Source: Octopus bimaculoides (taxonomy: Eukaryota). Taken from it: a DNA stretch of 64,000 bases. Made by a program: the position numbers and the translations under genes. The stretch's first letter is position 1; the number at the start of each line of letters is the position of its first letter. The notes below the pieces were generated by a model. That model saw nothing but the letters and a program-made list of their open reading frames with translations. It made no database searches and was not told where the DNA came from. The DNA lies in the NCBI RefSeq assembly GCF_001194135.2, contig NC_068986.1:42569229-42633228 (forward strand). The letters run 5' to 3'. Below, piece by piece: positions 22,492 through 34,330 of this stretch.

Positions 22492-22712
22492 TAGGTGTCT
22501 TCAAGATGAGGCTGGACCTCTTCCTGTCAGGTGTCCCGGATGAGCCAACTTCACGGCAGGAGGTGTAGATGAGAGCAGCTACATCAAACTGTCTCATGCA
22601 CGAAATGTCAATTCCTGAAGTAAAATTCGTGAAGTAAAATGGTGTAGCAACACCAAATGGCGGTGCCCCAACATGGCCACAGCTCATGAGCTGAAACTAG
22701 ATAAAATGAAAA
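22492..22712 (+). mobile_element. CR1-group LINE 3' end (ORF end + tail shared with SINE)
   Basis: Reads GVFKMRLDLFLSGVPDEPTSRQEV*MRAATSNCL; tail ggcggtgccccaacatggccacagc...ctgaaactagataaaa. Confidence 0.7.
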
Positions 22713-22730
22713 TAAAATGAATGAAAAAAA

Positions 22731-22762
<32 letters not shown>

Positions 22763-23374
22763 TGTTTCCATCAATAAAAACAGTGCATGAATCTGTAAAA
22801 GCACCTTCCATTATTTCTTACTGACTACATTTGTTTTATAAAAGTCACATTTAGCTGTTCAGCAGCATTATGATAGGAGTACAATGATACTGACACAACT
22901 GACTAATCATGGTTAGCATATTATGTAGTTGAATGCCAAGAGTTTGCTTGGAGAAATCTATCTGACATTTTAGTCTAAAAATTTTTGCACAATACATGTT
23001 CTTTCTTTGGCAAAAAAGAACTATTTTACTGTATTTAATAATGACAGCTGTCAGTTTTGCAATAAAGTGGCTGAAATCTGATTGCAAAGGAAGTAGAATG
23101 CTCAATAAGATTGTGACAAAGTTGGAAATTAAACTTTCCGTGATGTACAGTCACTTGTTGTAGCATAGCCACTTGAAGATTTGTGATCCCAGCCCACAAG
23201 AAATATAATTTGTATAATTAGGATTACAAATTATTCCTTTGTGTTATGTGTCTTTATTGTGAAAGTTTAAAGAACAGATGTATTATGTTTCAAAACTGAC
23301 TGAAGCTAGAATAGTTATATAGATTTTATTACAAAATATTATCTCTATGTGACACATGTTTATGTTATACTTCA

Positions 23375-23570
23375 ACTCCAGATTAAACAACTCCAGGTTG
23401 AGCAGTCCTGTGGTCAAGGAAGTTCTTGCCGTGGTCATCTTGCTTTTTCTCTATAGAGAAAAGCAAGATGATCATGACAAGAACTTTTCCGATCATAGAT
23501 CTACATTCCAATATATCCACATTTAAGATGTTAGGGTGTGAGTTGAAGGGAATTTAACTGCTATTTCTAA
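23375..23570. repeat. Palindromic repeat-family remnant (centre 23420-23486)
   Basis: aagttcttgccgtggtcatcttgctttttctc-tata-gagaaaagcaagatgatcatgacaagaactt; a related arm lies at about 57820-57900. Confidence 0.65.
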
Positions 23571-24320
23571 CTGGCTGAGCAACTTTGTAGAGGTTCTCTT
23601 GATAGTGGTTGTATCAGTGGTTTCAGTGGTTATGATGTTAGTGACTGTGGTGAAAGTAATATAGTATTGTTGATGGAAGTGGTCTTGGCTTTGTTTTTGT
23701 TGTAAGTGGTGGTGGCAGTATTCTGATCTGGATCTGACTCTACCTGTAAAATTTTCACCTCAGGTGTTGCTACCTCAAGATTCATCCCCTCAGGACATCT
23801 CACCTGAATAATTGTTGTTCTCTTGCAAAGTGGCGTTAGTTGTGATAGTGGTTTTGGTGTTGTTGTTGTTGCGTAGGGATTATTGTGATGATGTATCAGT
23901 GAAATATGAGTGTGTTCTGAACCCAATCTTGCTCCCATTACACCTGAAAAGTTACCCACCCTTCCCAGTGTTGCTTTGTGAAAATTCATCCCCCACAAGA
24001 CATCACATCCAAAGAATCATCACCCTGGTGAAGTCTAAGGTAATGATTTTTCATTTGTTGCTTCTCATAAAGTGAAGCAAAACTTTCTGGAAGAAGTTGG
24101 TGTCATCAGATTTACATCATTTTGTAAAAGAAGACTGTAACATGAAAGCAGTGTTTTTAACTTGATCAAGTGTTGGAATCTGTCATTATTTGTAGTGATG
24201 AGAAAGAAGACAGTTACAAAAGTTAAAAGGAAAAGAGTAACATTGGCAGCTAAAAGGAAACTATTTGCAAAGTTGATTTTTTAAAAATATATTTTATATA
24301 TTGTGTATATTTACTATTTT

Positions 24321-24699
24321 GGAGGCGCAATGGCCCAGTGGTTAGGGCAGCGGATTTGCGGTCATAGGATCGCAGTTTCGATTCCTAGACCAGGTGTTGT
24401 GAGTGTTTATTGAGCGAAAACATCTAAAACTCCACGGGGCTCTGGCAGGGGATGGTGGTGAACCCTGCTGTACTCTTTCACCACAACTTTCTCTCACTCT
24501 TATTTCCTATTTCTGTTGTGCCTGTAATTCAAAGGGTCAGCCTTGTCACACTGTGTCACACTGAATATCCCTGAGAACTACGTTAAGGGTACACGTGTCT
24601 GTGGAGTGCTCAGCCACTTGCACGTTAATTTCACGAGCAGGCTGTTCCGTTGATCGGATCAACTGGAACCCTTGACGTCGTAAGCGAAGGAGTGCCAAC
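24321..24699 (+). mobile_element. Full-length young tRNA-derived SINE (third family) with 11-bp TSD
   Basis: A-box tggcccagtggttag, B-box gtttcgattcc; TSD atttactattt at 24309-24319 and 24700-24710; many CpGs retained. Confidence 0.85.
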
Positions 24700-26499
24700 A
24701 TTTACTATTTCATCCTTAAGTACTCTGCTTAAGACAAACCTGCTAGTCATCACTCATGCTATACCAGGAGCCTGCAATGGGAAAGAAAGTTTTTGTAGAC
24801 ATAATAGCCATGATCATGTTGCAACAACTACTTCTATACTTTGCACTTGTGGTCTTCAGTCTTTTAGCAGTGTTTCTTTTACTGAAAGCAATGAAAATAG
24901 CTGCAAAGACCAAGTGAAATATAAACAACGCTTTTATTATTTCCACCACAGCTACCTCTGACACTGGCTCAACTATTGCCACCATCATCACTAGCACTTA
25001 TTGGGCTGGAATGGTGAATATTCTGGTGAATATTCATCTCAGTTTTGATGATAATTCACTGTATTTGCAATTGAATTTCAGCTACTTTGCTGCAGAATCA
25101 ACAACTATCATTATTGAATGAAGAAAAAAAAAATTGCTGAAGGGATGACATGCATTATATAGAAAGTTGATGAAATTTGGACAGCTTTCCCCATGTGCAT
25201 GATATCTGCACATGATGGCATCCTGGTTTTTGACCACATGCTATTTGTGATTGATCAATTGCTTTAATGAGGTCATTGTACTTCTCTGCCAATGCTGTAT
25301 CTTAGCTAAATGTTTGACTTATATAAAAATGTGGACAGCCAGAAATAATAGAAAATCTTTGGTTCTTTTTTTACAGATTAATGCGTAACTTTTATTGGCA
25401 ACAATCAATTTTGAGACATAAATTTTTGCAAATTATTAGGTAGAGATAAAGTTGTTCACTGTGTTGTGTGAAAACTTGCTTCATGATGCAGAGTTTTTTT
25501 AATGAATTTTGTTTGGAAAACTTTTGTCTTGTGTCTCTATGAAAAATTTAGACTCAGCATTGAGTCCTGTGCATTTCAGCATTTTCTTTAACCACTTCCA
25601 CTCTGCCTAATCTATTGGCCATGTAGAGAATTTTCTTGGCTATGTCATAGCATCACATTTTGCAGTCCTGTTTTAAATTTTGGCTTTGGGTTTTTTTTTA
25701 ATAGATTCTCTAATTTTTTAATAGATTCTCTGTCCTCCTTACAACTGTTTACCACCTCAGCCTGTCTTTTTTTATTTTTTAGATTTCATAAAGATTGTAA
25801 AAGCATTTTGTAACTATTTCTAGTTATTTTCTCCTTATTCTTCATTAGATTCAAAAGCTTGCAAAGTTAATAAATTTGAACTACTTATTTTCCAGTACAG
25901 ACTATTACTAATTTCCTTGGATTCTATTGTTTTTCTTTGAACAGTATTGTAGTATTGAAGTCGATACAGGAAAAGGATGGAGATGGGGAGCTCCTTGAGA
26001 ATATTTCTCTTCTGTTAAGAATCACTTTTATTGTTACAACTCTCTCTCTCTCTCTTCGAATTGGTAAAATTGTTTTCCATTTACTCATGTTATCTTTTGA
26101 TATACCTGTTTGTTAATCATCCTTTCTTATTCAGAACAACAATTCTAGAATACAAGTGGGGAAAATATCAAAAATAATTTGTTAATTAATCCATGCTCAG
26201 ACCCACATTTCTTCAATTATAAAACTTTATTGATTAATAGCTGATCTTTACATTAGTATGAACCTTTGCAACGCTCTTTTCATTTTCAAAGTATTTTCCC
26301 TCATGTGAGCATTTATCTCTTACAATATTGAGGCTCTTATTGAATAAATTATAGCCTGTAATTTTTCTTTGCTTTGGTGATAGTTAAGTTGTGTCATCAA
26401 TTTTTAAGGATTAAGATCGTTTTCTTTTTTTTTTTTTTGCTTTGTTTTCTTAGTAAAGCATTCTAGTGATGCTTCTGGTTTTCTCTGTAGATAAGTGTA

Positions 26500-28000
26500 T
26501 ATTTTTGCAAGTAATTTGTGAATGCTTATTAGATATTTTAACCAGAAGTTTGTCATTTCCATCTGCTCTCTAGTTGTTCACTGTTATCTGGACTATTTTT
26601 CAAGTCGTTATTTCTTTGTACAATTATTCTGCAGTTGCATTTTTGCTGGTTTTAACATTCTCACCCTTGCAAATGTATCTTGTTCAAATTCTTCCCCTAA
26701 AACCTACTAATTCTCTTGCTGTTGGCACTGCATTTATTTCTGTTTATTTTTACCTGCGTCTTGGTAAAATCGATTCAGTTTGGAGTCAAACTGTTTGTTT
26801 TGTTCCTAGAAATGTCATCTCACTTCTTTCTTTCTTTTTTTTTTTGTGGCCATTCTTTTTTTTATTTATTTATGTGGATCACTTGTTTTGATTATGCATT
26901 TGCTTTGCACATTATTTACTTGGGTTTAGATGTTCTTCTACAAGAAATTTTGAGGAAGTATCCACCCTTCTTTCTGACATCTGCAGATACTGAATTTATT
27001 ACTTGATTTATTCAGGTGGTATTTGATGTTCACATCTGTTTTCACTATGTCTGTGGTGAGTCATTTTGCCTATCTTATTATTGTTGTTTATACTTTATCA
27101 TTAAGGTTTAACTTTGGGTGGCTGTTTTGCTCATCTTTTGAAAGATTTATCGATTTGGATTCTATAACTATTTCTGTTGTTATCTTATTCTTACATTCAA
27201 ACTTACCACTTTTAGATTGTTCTACTCTTAGATCTTCATCAGGTTTTCTTCTTTTCATATTTTCCATTCGTGTAGTTCTGTAATTCCGATTTGACTTTTT
27301 TGTTGCTATTTTATGAGTGTTTTAAGTTTTAACTTTATTGTGCCTTGTAATGTTATTTCTTTTATATTTTGTTGTGCTTTCTTATGGCTTTTGTGTTTCG
27401 TTTATGCTAAGTCTATCTTCAAGTTTTCTTTTATGCACACAGCTGTAGCTGTGAGGTTAAGATGCTTGTGATTTCAGGTTCAGTTCCACTGTGTAGTACT
27501 TTGGGAAAATGTCTTCTACTCTAACCCTGGACTGACTAATGCATTGTAAATGAATTTAGTTGACAGAAACTGTGTGGAAGCTTATTGTGTGCGTGATGTA
27601 ATTAACTAGTTCCTTACCCAAAAATTTCATGTCTTGTCCCTATAGTACGAAGGATTATAAGTGTGTGCTCTGGTCATCTTATTTAGAAGGTACAATATAC
27701 CTGTAAACTAACCTGTGTGAATATGGCAACATTTTCTTCTCATATTTATTCATATTTATTTGTTGAATTTGAAGAGTAATGGCTATTCTTTTATTTAGCT
27801 TGTCATCTTTTTTACTTTCATCAGTTATTACTTTTGTTTCTGATAATACACATTTAGTTTTCTGAATTTTTTGAAATTTGCATTCTTTTTTCACAAGTGA
27901 AATGAAGCAGTATTTGTTTTGTATTGTATTGTCATACTTTATTTTAGGTGACATTGTCTAGTATTGATTTGTCAGGATCTTCATTAGAGTGTTTACATCT
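26500..28000 (-). mobile_element. Heavily decayed RTE-like LINE fragments
   Basis: Minus-strand traces GFRGRI*TR / DTFARVRMLKPAKMQ (~26650-26720) and KTKCVL...ITDESKKDDKLNKRIAI (~27780-27870); their order is not colinear. Confidence 0.3.
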
Positions 28001-28582
28001 GGTAGCTAATCAACAATTAGTACAACCTTTAAAAGTACATTATTTGTATTAGACAAAATTATATAAATCTAAAATAAGAAGTTGATGTATTACCTAAATG
28101 GGTATTTTTCCACTTCTTTTGGTTTGTTTACTTGTTTGTTTGTTTGTTTTCCTTTGTTGATATTTTGTTGCTGTTAATGAATAGTCTTCTGAGCAATGAT
28201 GTAGTAATGTCTGTTATTATTCAGTTTGATATTATATATTAATCTGGTGCTCTTTTCTCAACCTTTATACAGAGACTTAACGAAGTCATTTGAACATCGG
28301 ACAAAATGTTTTGTGGTGTTTATTTCAGCTCTTTTCTTTTTTTTTTTAACTTTTCTTTTTTGAGTTCAAATACTACCTAGGTTAATTTCTGCCTTTCATC
28401 CTTCCATGTTTGTTGATAAAATAATATAACAGTCAAATACTATAGTTGGTCTAAGTGACTATTCCTCTCCCTCCTAGAGATGATCCAAGTTGTAGGGTGC
28501 CTGGCCTACCTAGTTGGTGGTTTTCCCTTATTTATATTAATTTGCATTTATTTTCGGTGATAATTTTTAACCTGTTTTAATA

Positions 28583-29636
28583 TGAGGTGGTATCAAAAAG
28601 TTCCTGGACTACTTGCGTTTAATAAAAAAAAATGACCTACTTACCTAAGTTTTAACATCATATCCTTCAAAATAGTCACCTCGCACAACAGTACACTGGT
28701 CACAGTGTTGCTGCCATTTTTGGAATCTGGCCTGGAAGACATTTTCCATAAGCAAGTCGAAGACCTTCTATGATTCACTCTGGATCTCAACAACAGTATT
28801 AAAATGGTGACCTTTGAACTGCATTTTCATCTTGGGGAAGAGATGGAAGTTTACAAGGGCTAAATTTGGTAAATAGGGCAGGTGCAGAAGCGATACCATG
28901 TTGTTTTTGGTGAGAAACTCATGAGTGGGGAGAGCTCAGTGCCAGGGTACATTGTCGTTGTGAAGAATTCAGTTCATCATGCTCCAAAGGTCCAGTCACT
29001 TTCACCAAATGTCCTCAGTGGCACGCTGATGGAGATCTTCACAGACCCTGACACAATGTCCTTTCTGCTCAGTGGTCAGCAAGAGGGGGACAAACTTGGC
29101 AGAAACATGCCACTTGTTCATTTCAGATGTTAGGATTGCTTACATGGACCCATATGACAGACCAACAACATCAGTGATGTCATTGATTGTCCTCTGACGA
29201 TCCTCATGCACAAATGCACAAGCTGATGAATTTTCTCCATATTTCCAGGTCTTCCAGATCACTCATCGTCTTCTAGGGGTGGTCTTCTGCTTTTCAAGTG
29301 CCTGCGTCTCCTGAAACATTGTATACAACCCATTGCCTTGTCACCATAAGCTTATCAAAACATGCTCAATGTCTTGAAACCAGACTTTTCAAGTTTAATG
29401 CAAAATTTCATGTTGGCTCTTTGTACCAACTTTCTGTCCATAACAAAAATCGTAGACTACAGCATACACATGATCACAAAAGCACAAATTTCACAACTTA
29501 TGAAGTAAACACAGTGATATTACTCAGCACACTGCCTCATGAAGGTCACTGCTAGCTCTCACTGTGCACGCAACCATGTGCTGCCATCTGTTAGCATACT
29601 ACAGAACTAGTCTGGGAACTGTTTGATACCACCTCT
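28583..29636 (-). mobile_element. Internally deleted mariner element, TA TSD
   Basis: TIRs tgaggtggtatcaaaaagttcctggacta / tagtctgggaactgtttgataccacctct; minus strand MDRKLVQRANMKFCIKL...LEDDE*SGRP and LFPKMKMQFKGHHFNTVVEIQ. Confidence 0.85.
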
Positions 29637-29948
29637 TATATTATCTTTAACATATGTACATATTTATACTTCCCTCCTGGTTTTGTAATTATTTTTGTGA
29701 CCTGTTTAATACTAATAATAATGATAATTGTTTCAAATTTTGTCACAAGGCCAGCAATTCTGGGGTATGATGTGAGTTGACTACATCAATCCCTGTGTTC
29801 AATTATAACTCATTTCATTGGCCCCCACAAAGGATGAAAGACAAAGTTGACATTGGCGTAATTCGAAATCAGAATGTAAGTAGCTAGAAGAAATTCTGCT
29901 AAGCATTTTGTATGACATGCTAACAATTCTGTCAGTAGTAGTAATATA

Positions 29949-31587
29949 CCATAAAAGCCCATGTAATTTGTGCACCTGTGTAATTTACGCAGGTGATTTT
30001 CAGGATAAAAATTGTTAAAAAATGCTTCTACTCATGTAAAATTCACACCCAAAAGTTTTCAGATTTGCCGATATGGCCAGGAGGAAAAGGTTTTCAATTT
30101 AGTTGTATTTAGTATAATTTCACTTGCTTATGATTAGATTTTATTAAATTTTCATTAAATAAAAATAATTTTTGTTTAACAGGTATCATATTGAAAGCTA
30201 TTAAATTACGAAGTGTTTGTATTGTTTATAATAAACTTTATTTTACATTTCTTGCCCACAAGAGATTGTGTCTGATCTTTAGCATACTTCTGTATGTCTT
30301 CTGAAATCACGATCACAGAAAAAGTTGTTGATAATTCTTATCGACAAAAACAAAGCAGATAAATACACACAGGTGTTGCAAAATAAGTTTAATTACCTAT
30401 AAACATCAGCTGGGATGACACTTTACTCAACCGGCAGAGGAAGGTGACAGATCAAACTGATTATGCAAGCAGAAATCTGATTGGTCGAAAGTGTCTTCTT
30501 GTCTCAATCTCTGATTTTCTGCCTATTCTTGTTGGAACCTTTGATATTCAGTATCAAAATTTTAATCCCTTTTCGCATTTATAAAGTGTCAAGCAAACTT
30601 TAAAATTTGTCATTACCGTTTCAGCTGGGAGACCAAACTGATAGTTTGGTAACCAGCTAAAATAAATATTAAAAATCGAAAGGAGAAAATAAACAGCTTT
30701 GCAAGTTTAACTCGGTGTTTATTAAACAAGATATGTGCAAAATTTAAGAAGCAACCTGTTAGAATATACACATCTGTGAGGAGACATAAACAAGAATAAC
30801 AAAAATCTACTATACCAAAAGAACTGGTTATACATACAAGTGTTCTTTGAAGAGAACATAAGATTGCTGCATAATTCAACATGAATGTGAAACGACATTA
30901 AACATCGTATAAGGTAAATGAAGGTTTCTGCAGGAGCGCTAAGTCATATTTACTTAGTGAGTTTACATGCGCAAGGATACAGGTGGCACATAAAATACAG
31001 GTGGCACATAAAATACACCATTTTGAGCGTGGCCGTTGCCAGTACTGCCTGACTGGCCTTCGTGCGGGTGACACGTAAAAGCACCCACTACACTCTCTGA
31101 GTGGTTGGGCATCCAGCTGTAGAAACTCTGCCAAATCAGATTGGAGCCTGGTGTTGCCATCCGGTTTCACCAGTCCTCAGTCAAATCGTCCAACCCATGC
31201 TAGCATGGAAAGCGGACGTTAAACGATGATGATGATGATGATGAAGGATGAATTATGATGTTGGCGTTGGCGTTAGATGCAGTAAAATATGGCCCGGACC
31301 GTGATTATCAGCTTGAATGTCAGACTCTGAAAAGTAGTTCGCCATTTAATGGTTTTAGTAAATTTGATACAGAAAAAATAAGCATTATACTTCATTATAT
31401 TTTTTCTGTAAAAACCTATTCTGACATTAAATGGGTCAACTTCCAGTGCAAATGTTTACATATGTATGTCATTTTTTAACAAAAAAAATTTCTAAATGAA
31501 TTCTTGAAACTCATGTAATTTACACACTCCCTAAAGTTTATTTTTGTCTTTGCGAAAAAAGTGCATAAATTTCATGGGTTTTTACAG
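29949..31587. mobile_element. Tc2/pogo-like non-autonomous DNA element, TA TSD, with a nested retro-repeat
   Basis: TA|ccataaaagcccatgtaatttgtgcac versus the reverse complement of the right end TA|ctgtaaaaacccatgaaatttatgcac; no transposase ORF recognised. Confidence 0.55.
30960..31243 (+). mobile_element. Young RTE 3'-end-related repeat nested in the Tc2/pogo-like element
   Basis: Near-identical to 7920-8057 at the 3' end; a ~19-bp duplication caggtggcacataaaata sits at the 5' junction; (GAT)n tail. Confidence 0.85.
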
Positions 31588-31624
31588 TACTTTTTAATCA
31601 AGAAATTTTTATATAAGTTGTAGG

Positions 31625-31848
31625 TAGCGTGGCCGTTGCCAGTACCGCCTGACTGGCCTTCGTGCCGGTGGCACATAAAAGCATCCACTACACTCTCGGA
31701 GTGGTTGGCGTTAGGAAGAGCATCCAGCTGTAGAAACTCTGCCAAATCAGATTGGAACCTGGTGTAGCCACCTGGTCCACCAGTCCTCAGTCAAATCGTC
31801 CAACCCATGCTAGCATGGAAAGCAGACGTTAAACGATGATGATGATGT
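31625..31848 (+). mobile_element. Young RTE 3'-end-related repeat
   Basis: Same family with (GAT)n tail. Confidence 0.85.
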
Positions 31849-33710
31849 AGAATTATTAGAGTGATAGTAGAAAATGGGAGCAGATTGTCTACCCTCTAAT
31901 TTGACACATTCAAATTCCACTAGTGTAAGTAAATACTAACTATATGTTTCAGTCTATGTAATTATACCTATCATTTCTTGCCTAAAGCAATGATGATGTG
32001 TGGTGGTAGTAATGCTTCTGATTGTTCTTATTTCAAAATGCTCCTAAAAGCAAAATTTTTATTTCATTTCTAAGAATTATTTCCGAAAAACTTTCTTGTA
32101 CATCTGTCTATCTTTGAATATCCTTTGGGGTTATTGGATATTTTCTGGCATTGACCTGTTTCAAAATTTCATGCCACCTATAATGAAAATATAGAACTTG
32201 AGAAAAGAGCCAATGGGTGTGGGATAACTTAGAAAATTATTTGCTTGAAGTTGTGATTTAAATAAACTTATTGATTTATCATCTTTGCTGCCAGAATTAA
32301 TATGAAACAGTATAGGTCATGCACTTATCACCACATTAAGCATTTATCATTCAAACTTTTAGTTTTAGTGAAAGTTTGAATGTCATTGTATTTACATTAA
32401 ATACAATATATAGACTGTGCTTTGAGGGTATTAAATGTATATGACACATATTGATATAGGTTTTGATGATGGTATTTAGGACAACTTAATTTGTTGAGAA
32501 GCACTATCAAAAGATAGGAAACCATTGTAAACTAAAATAAGATTACAAAACACAGATTCATCGTTAAGAGTACATTATTTAGCATGAAAATTATTTGGTA
32601 TTTGCTGTAACTTTCTAAACAATTATTGGAGATGCATGAAGTACCTTTGGGGTAGATGTTCTGTGTGGTTTGTGCTGGTAGTGTCTTAGTTTAAGTGTTG
32701 TCTGTGTGTCCATCCAATCATCCATCTTTCAGCCGCCTAACCATCTGTCTATCCTTCTGTTTGTCTTGCAATCTATCTGTTTTTGCTGTATTTTGTTATT
32801 GAGTTATTATTTCATATAGTGACTCACACATCTAATTTACATTCAAAATCCAGTTATTTTATGTTTTGCCAGCTTCATGGACTGTTTCATATCCACCACC
32901 ACTACTAGCAGAGATCAAAGTTTTTGGCCAATGCAACATGAAGTGGTTTGTATTTTGTGAGAGAAACCTGGCATATTGGTCACACGGGGGATTCACAATA
33001 TCTATATGGAGTGTTTCAAATTTATGAACGAGGCCAATAATTTTAGCAGAGGGAATAAATTGATTACATCAATTACATAATTGTGGCTTAATTTTTTGAT
33101 TCCAAAAGGATAAAAGGCAAAGCACCTTGATGGGATTTGAACTTAGAACATAAAGAAATGGAAGAAATACTAAGCATTTTGTCCAGCATGCTAATTATTC
33201 TGTCAGCTCACTGTTCTATCAGTGCAAATTAGCTGCTGTTCTTACTACAGCCTAACTGCATCTGAATTGCATATATCCATTGTCTTCTAACTAACTCCTA
33301 GAGACTGTGCAGTGGTTCAATGGGGGCCCCAACAAGGTCTCCATCATTGGGGCAGTGCTCTTTCCAAACATCACTCCATGCTTCCTTAATGTTTAAGTTC
33401 TCTTTTGCTGATGTATAAATTGGTCTTCTTGGTTTTAGAGTTGAGGTAGTGAGTAGCATCTTTTATCTTTTACTTGTTTCAGTCATTAGACAGTGACCAC
33501 ACTAGGACATTGCCTTAAAGGGTTAAAGGGTTTTAATTGAGCATTTTCATCTTAGTACTTGTTTTACAGTCCGGTATTTATTCTGTTGGTCTCTTTTTGT
33601 CAAACCACTAAGTTACCAGGGTGGAAATAAACCAATGCTTGTCAAGTGGGGGCACATACATACATACACTTAATAGGCTTCCATACAGTTTCCATCTTGT
33701 CTAAGCTTTG

Positions 33711-34330
33711 GTCAGCCCAGGGCTATAGTGGAAGACACTTTCTGAAGATGTTTCACTCTTTGGACTGTGGCCATGCAGGGCACCACCTTAAAAGGTTTAA
33801 GGCTGGTACTTTTACTATCAGTCTCTTTTTGTCAAACCACTCAGTTACAGGTATTTTAACAAACCAACACCAGTTGTGAAACCGTGCTGATTTCTTTACA
33901 TTCATGTAAGCTAGTGGTTCAGCAAAAGTGACCAATAGAATAAGTATGCTGTGTTTCTTTCAGTTTCTCTCTACCATATCTACTCTTGAGGCTGTGGTCA
34001 GCCCAGGGCTATAGTGGAAGACACTGAAGATGTTTCAGTCTTTGGACTGTGGCCATGCCAAGCACCACCTTAAAGCGTTTAAGCCTGGTACTTTTACTGT
34101 TAGTCTCTTTCTGGCAAACCACTAAGTTACAGGGATGTAAACAAACCTACACCAGTTGTCAAGCAATGTTGGTTTGTTTGCATCCTGTAACCTAGTGGTT
34201 GAGTAAAAAGTGACCAATAGAAATAGTACGATGGGCTTCTTTTAGTTTCCATTTACCAAATTTACTTTCAAGGCTTTGGTCAGCTCAGGGCTATTAATGG
34301 AAGACACTCGTCAAAGGTGCTGTACAGTTG
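33711..34330. repeat. Tandem ~282-286-bp duplication of a rearranged SINE with internal inversion
   Basis: 'gtcagc(c/t)cagggctat..tggaagacact' at 33711, 33997 and 34279; each unit contains SINE parts in both orientations. Confidence 0.7.

Noticed and set aside
24321-24400. tRNA gene
   Set aside because: The tRNA-like head continues into a SINE body with a TSD; no complete cloverleaf or acceptor stem.
23630-25000. ORFs of 84-122 aa (23630-23998, 24650-24961, 24743-24997)
   Set aside because: No recognisable domain or splice structure; they overlap repeats and low-complexity sequence.
30613-30882. Hydrophobic 89-aa minus-strand ORF
   Set aside because: Composition expected from AT-rich DNA; lies inside the TIR-bounded element; no motif.
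32873-32945. Possible exon reading SWTVSYPPPLLAEIKVFGQCNMK or MDCFISTTTTSRDQSFWPMQHE
   Set aside because: Plausible acceptor but weak donors and no real match to the IFT54 N-terminus.
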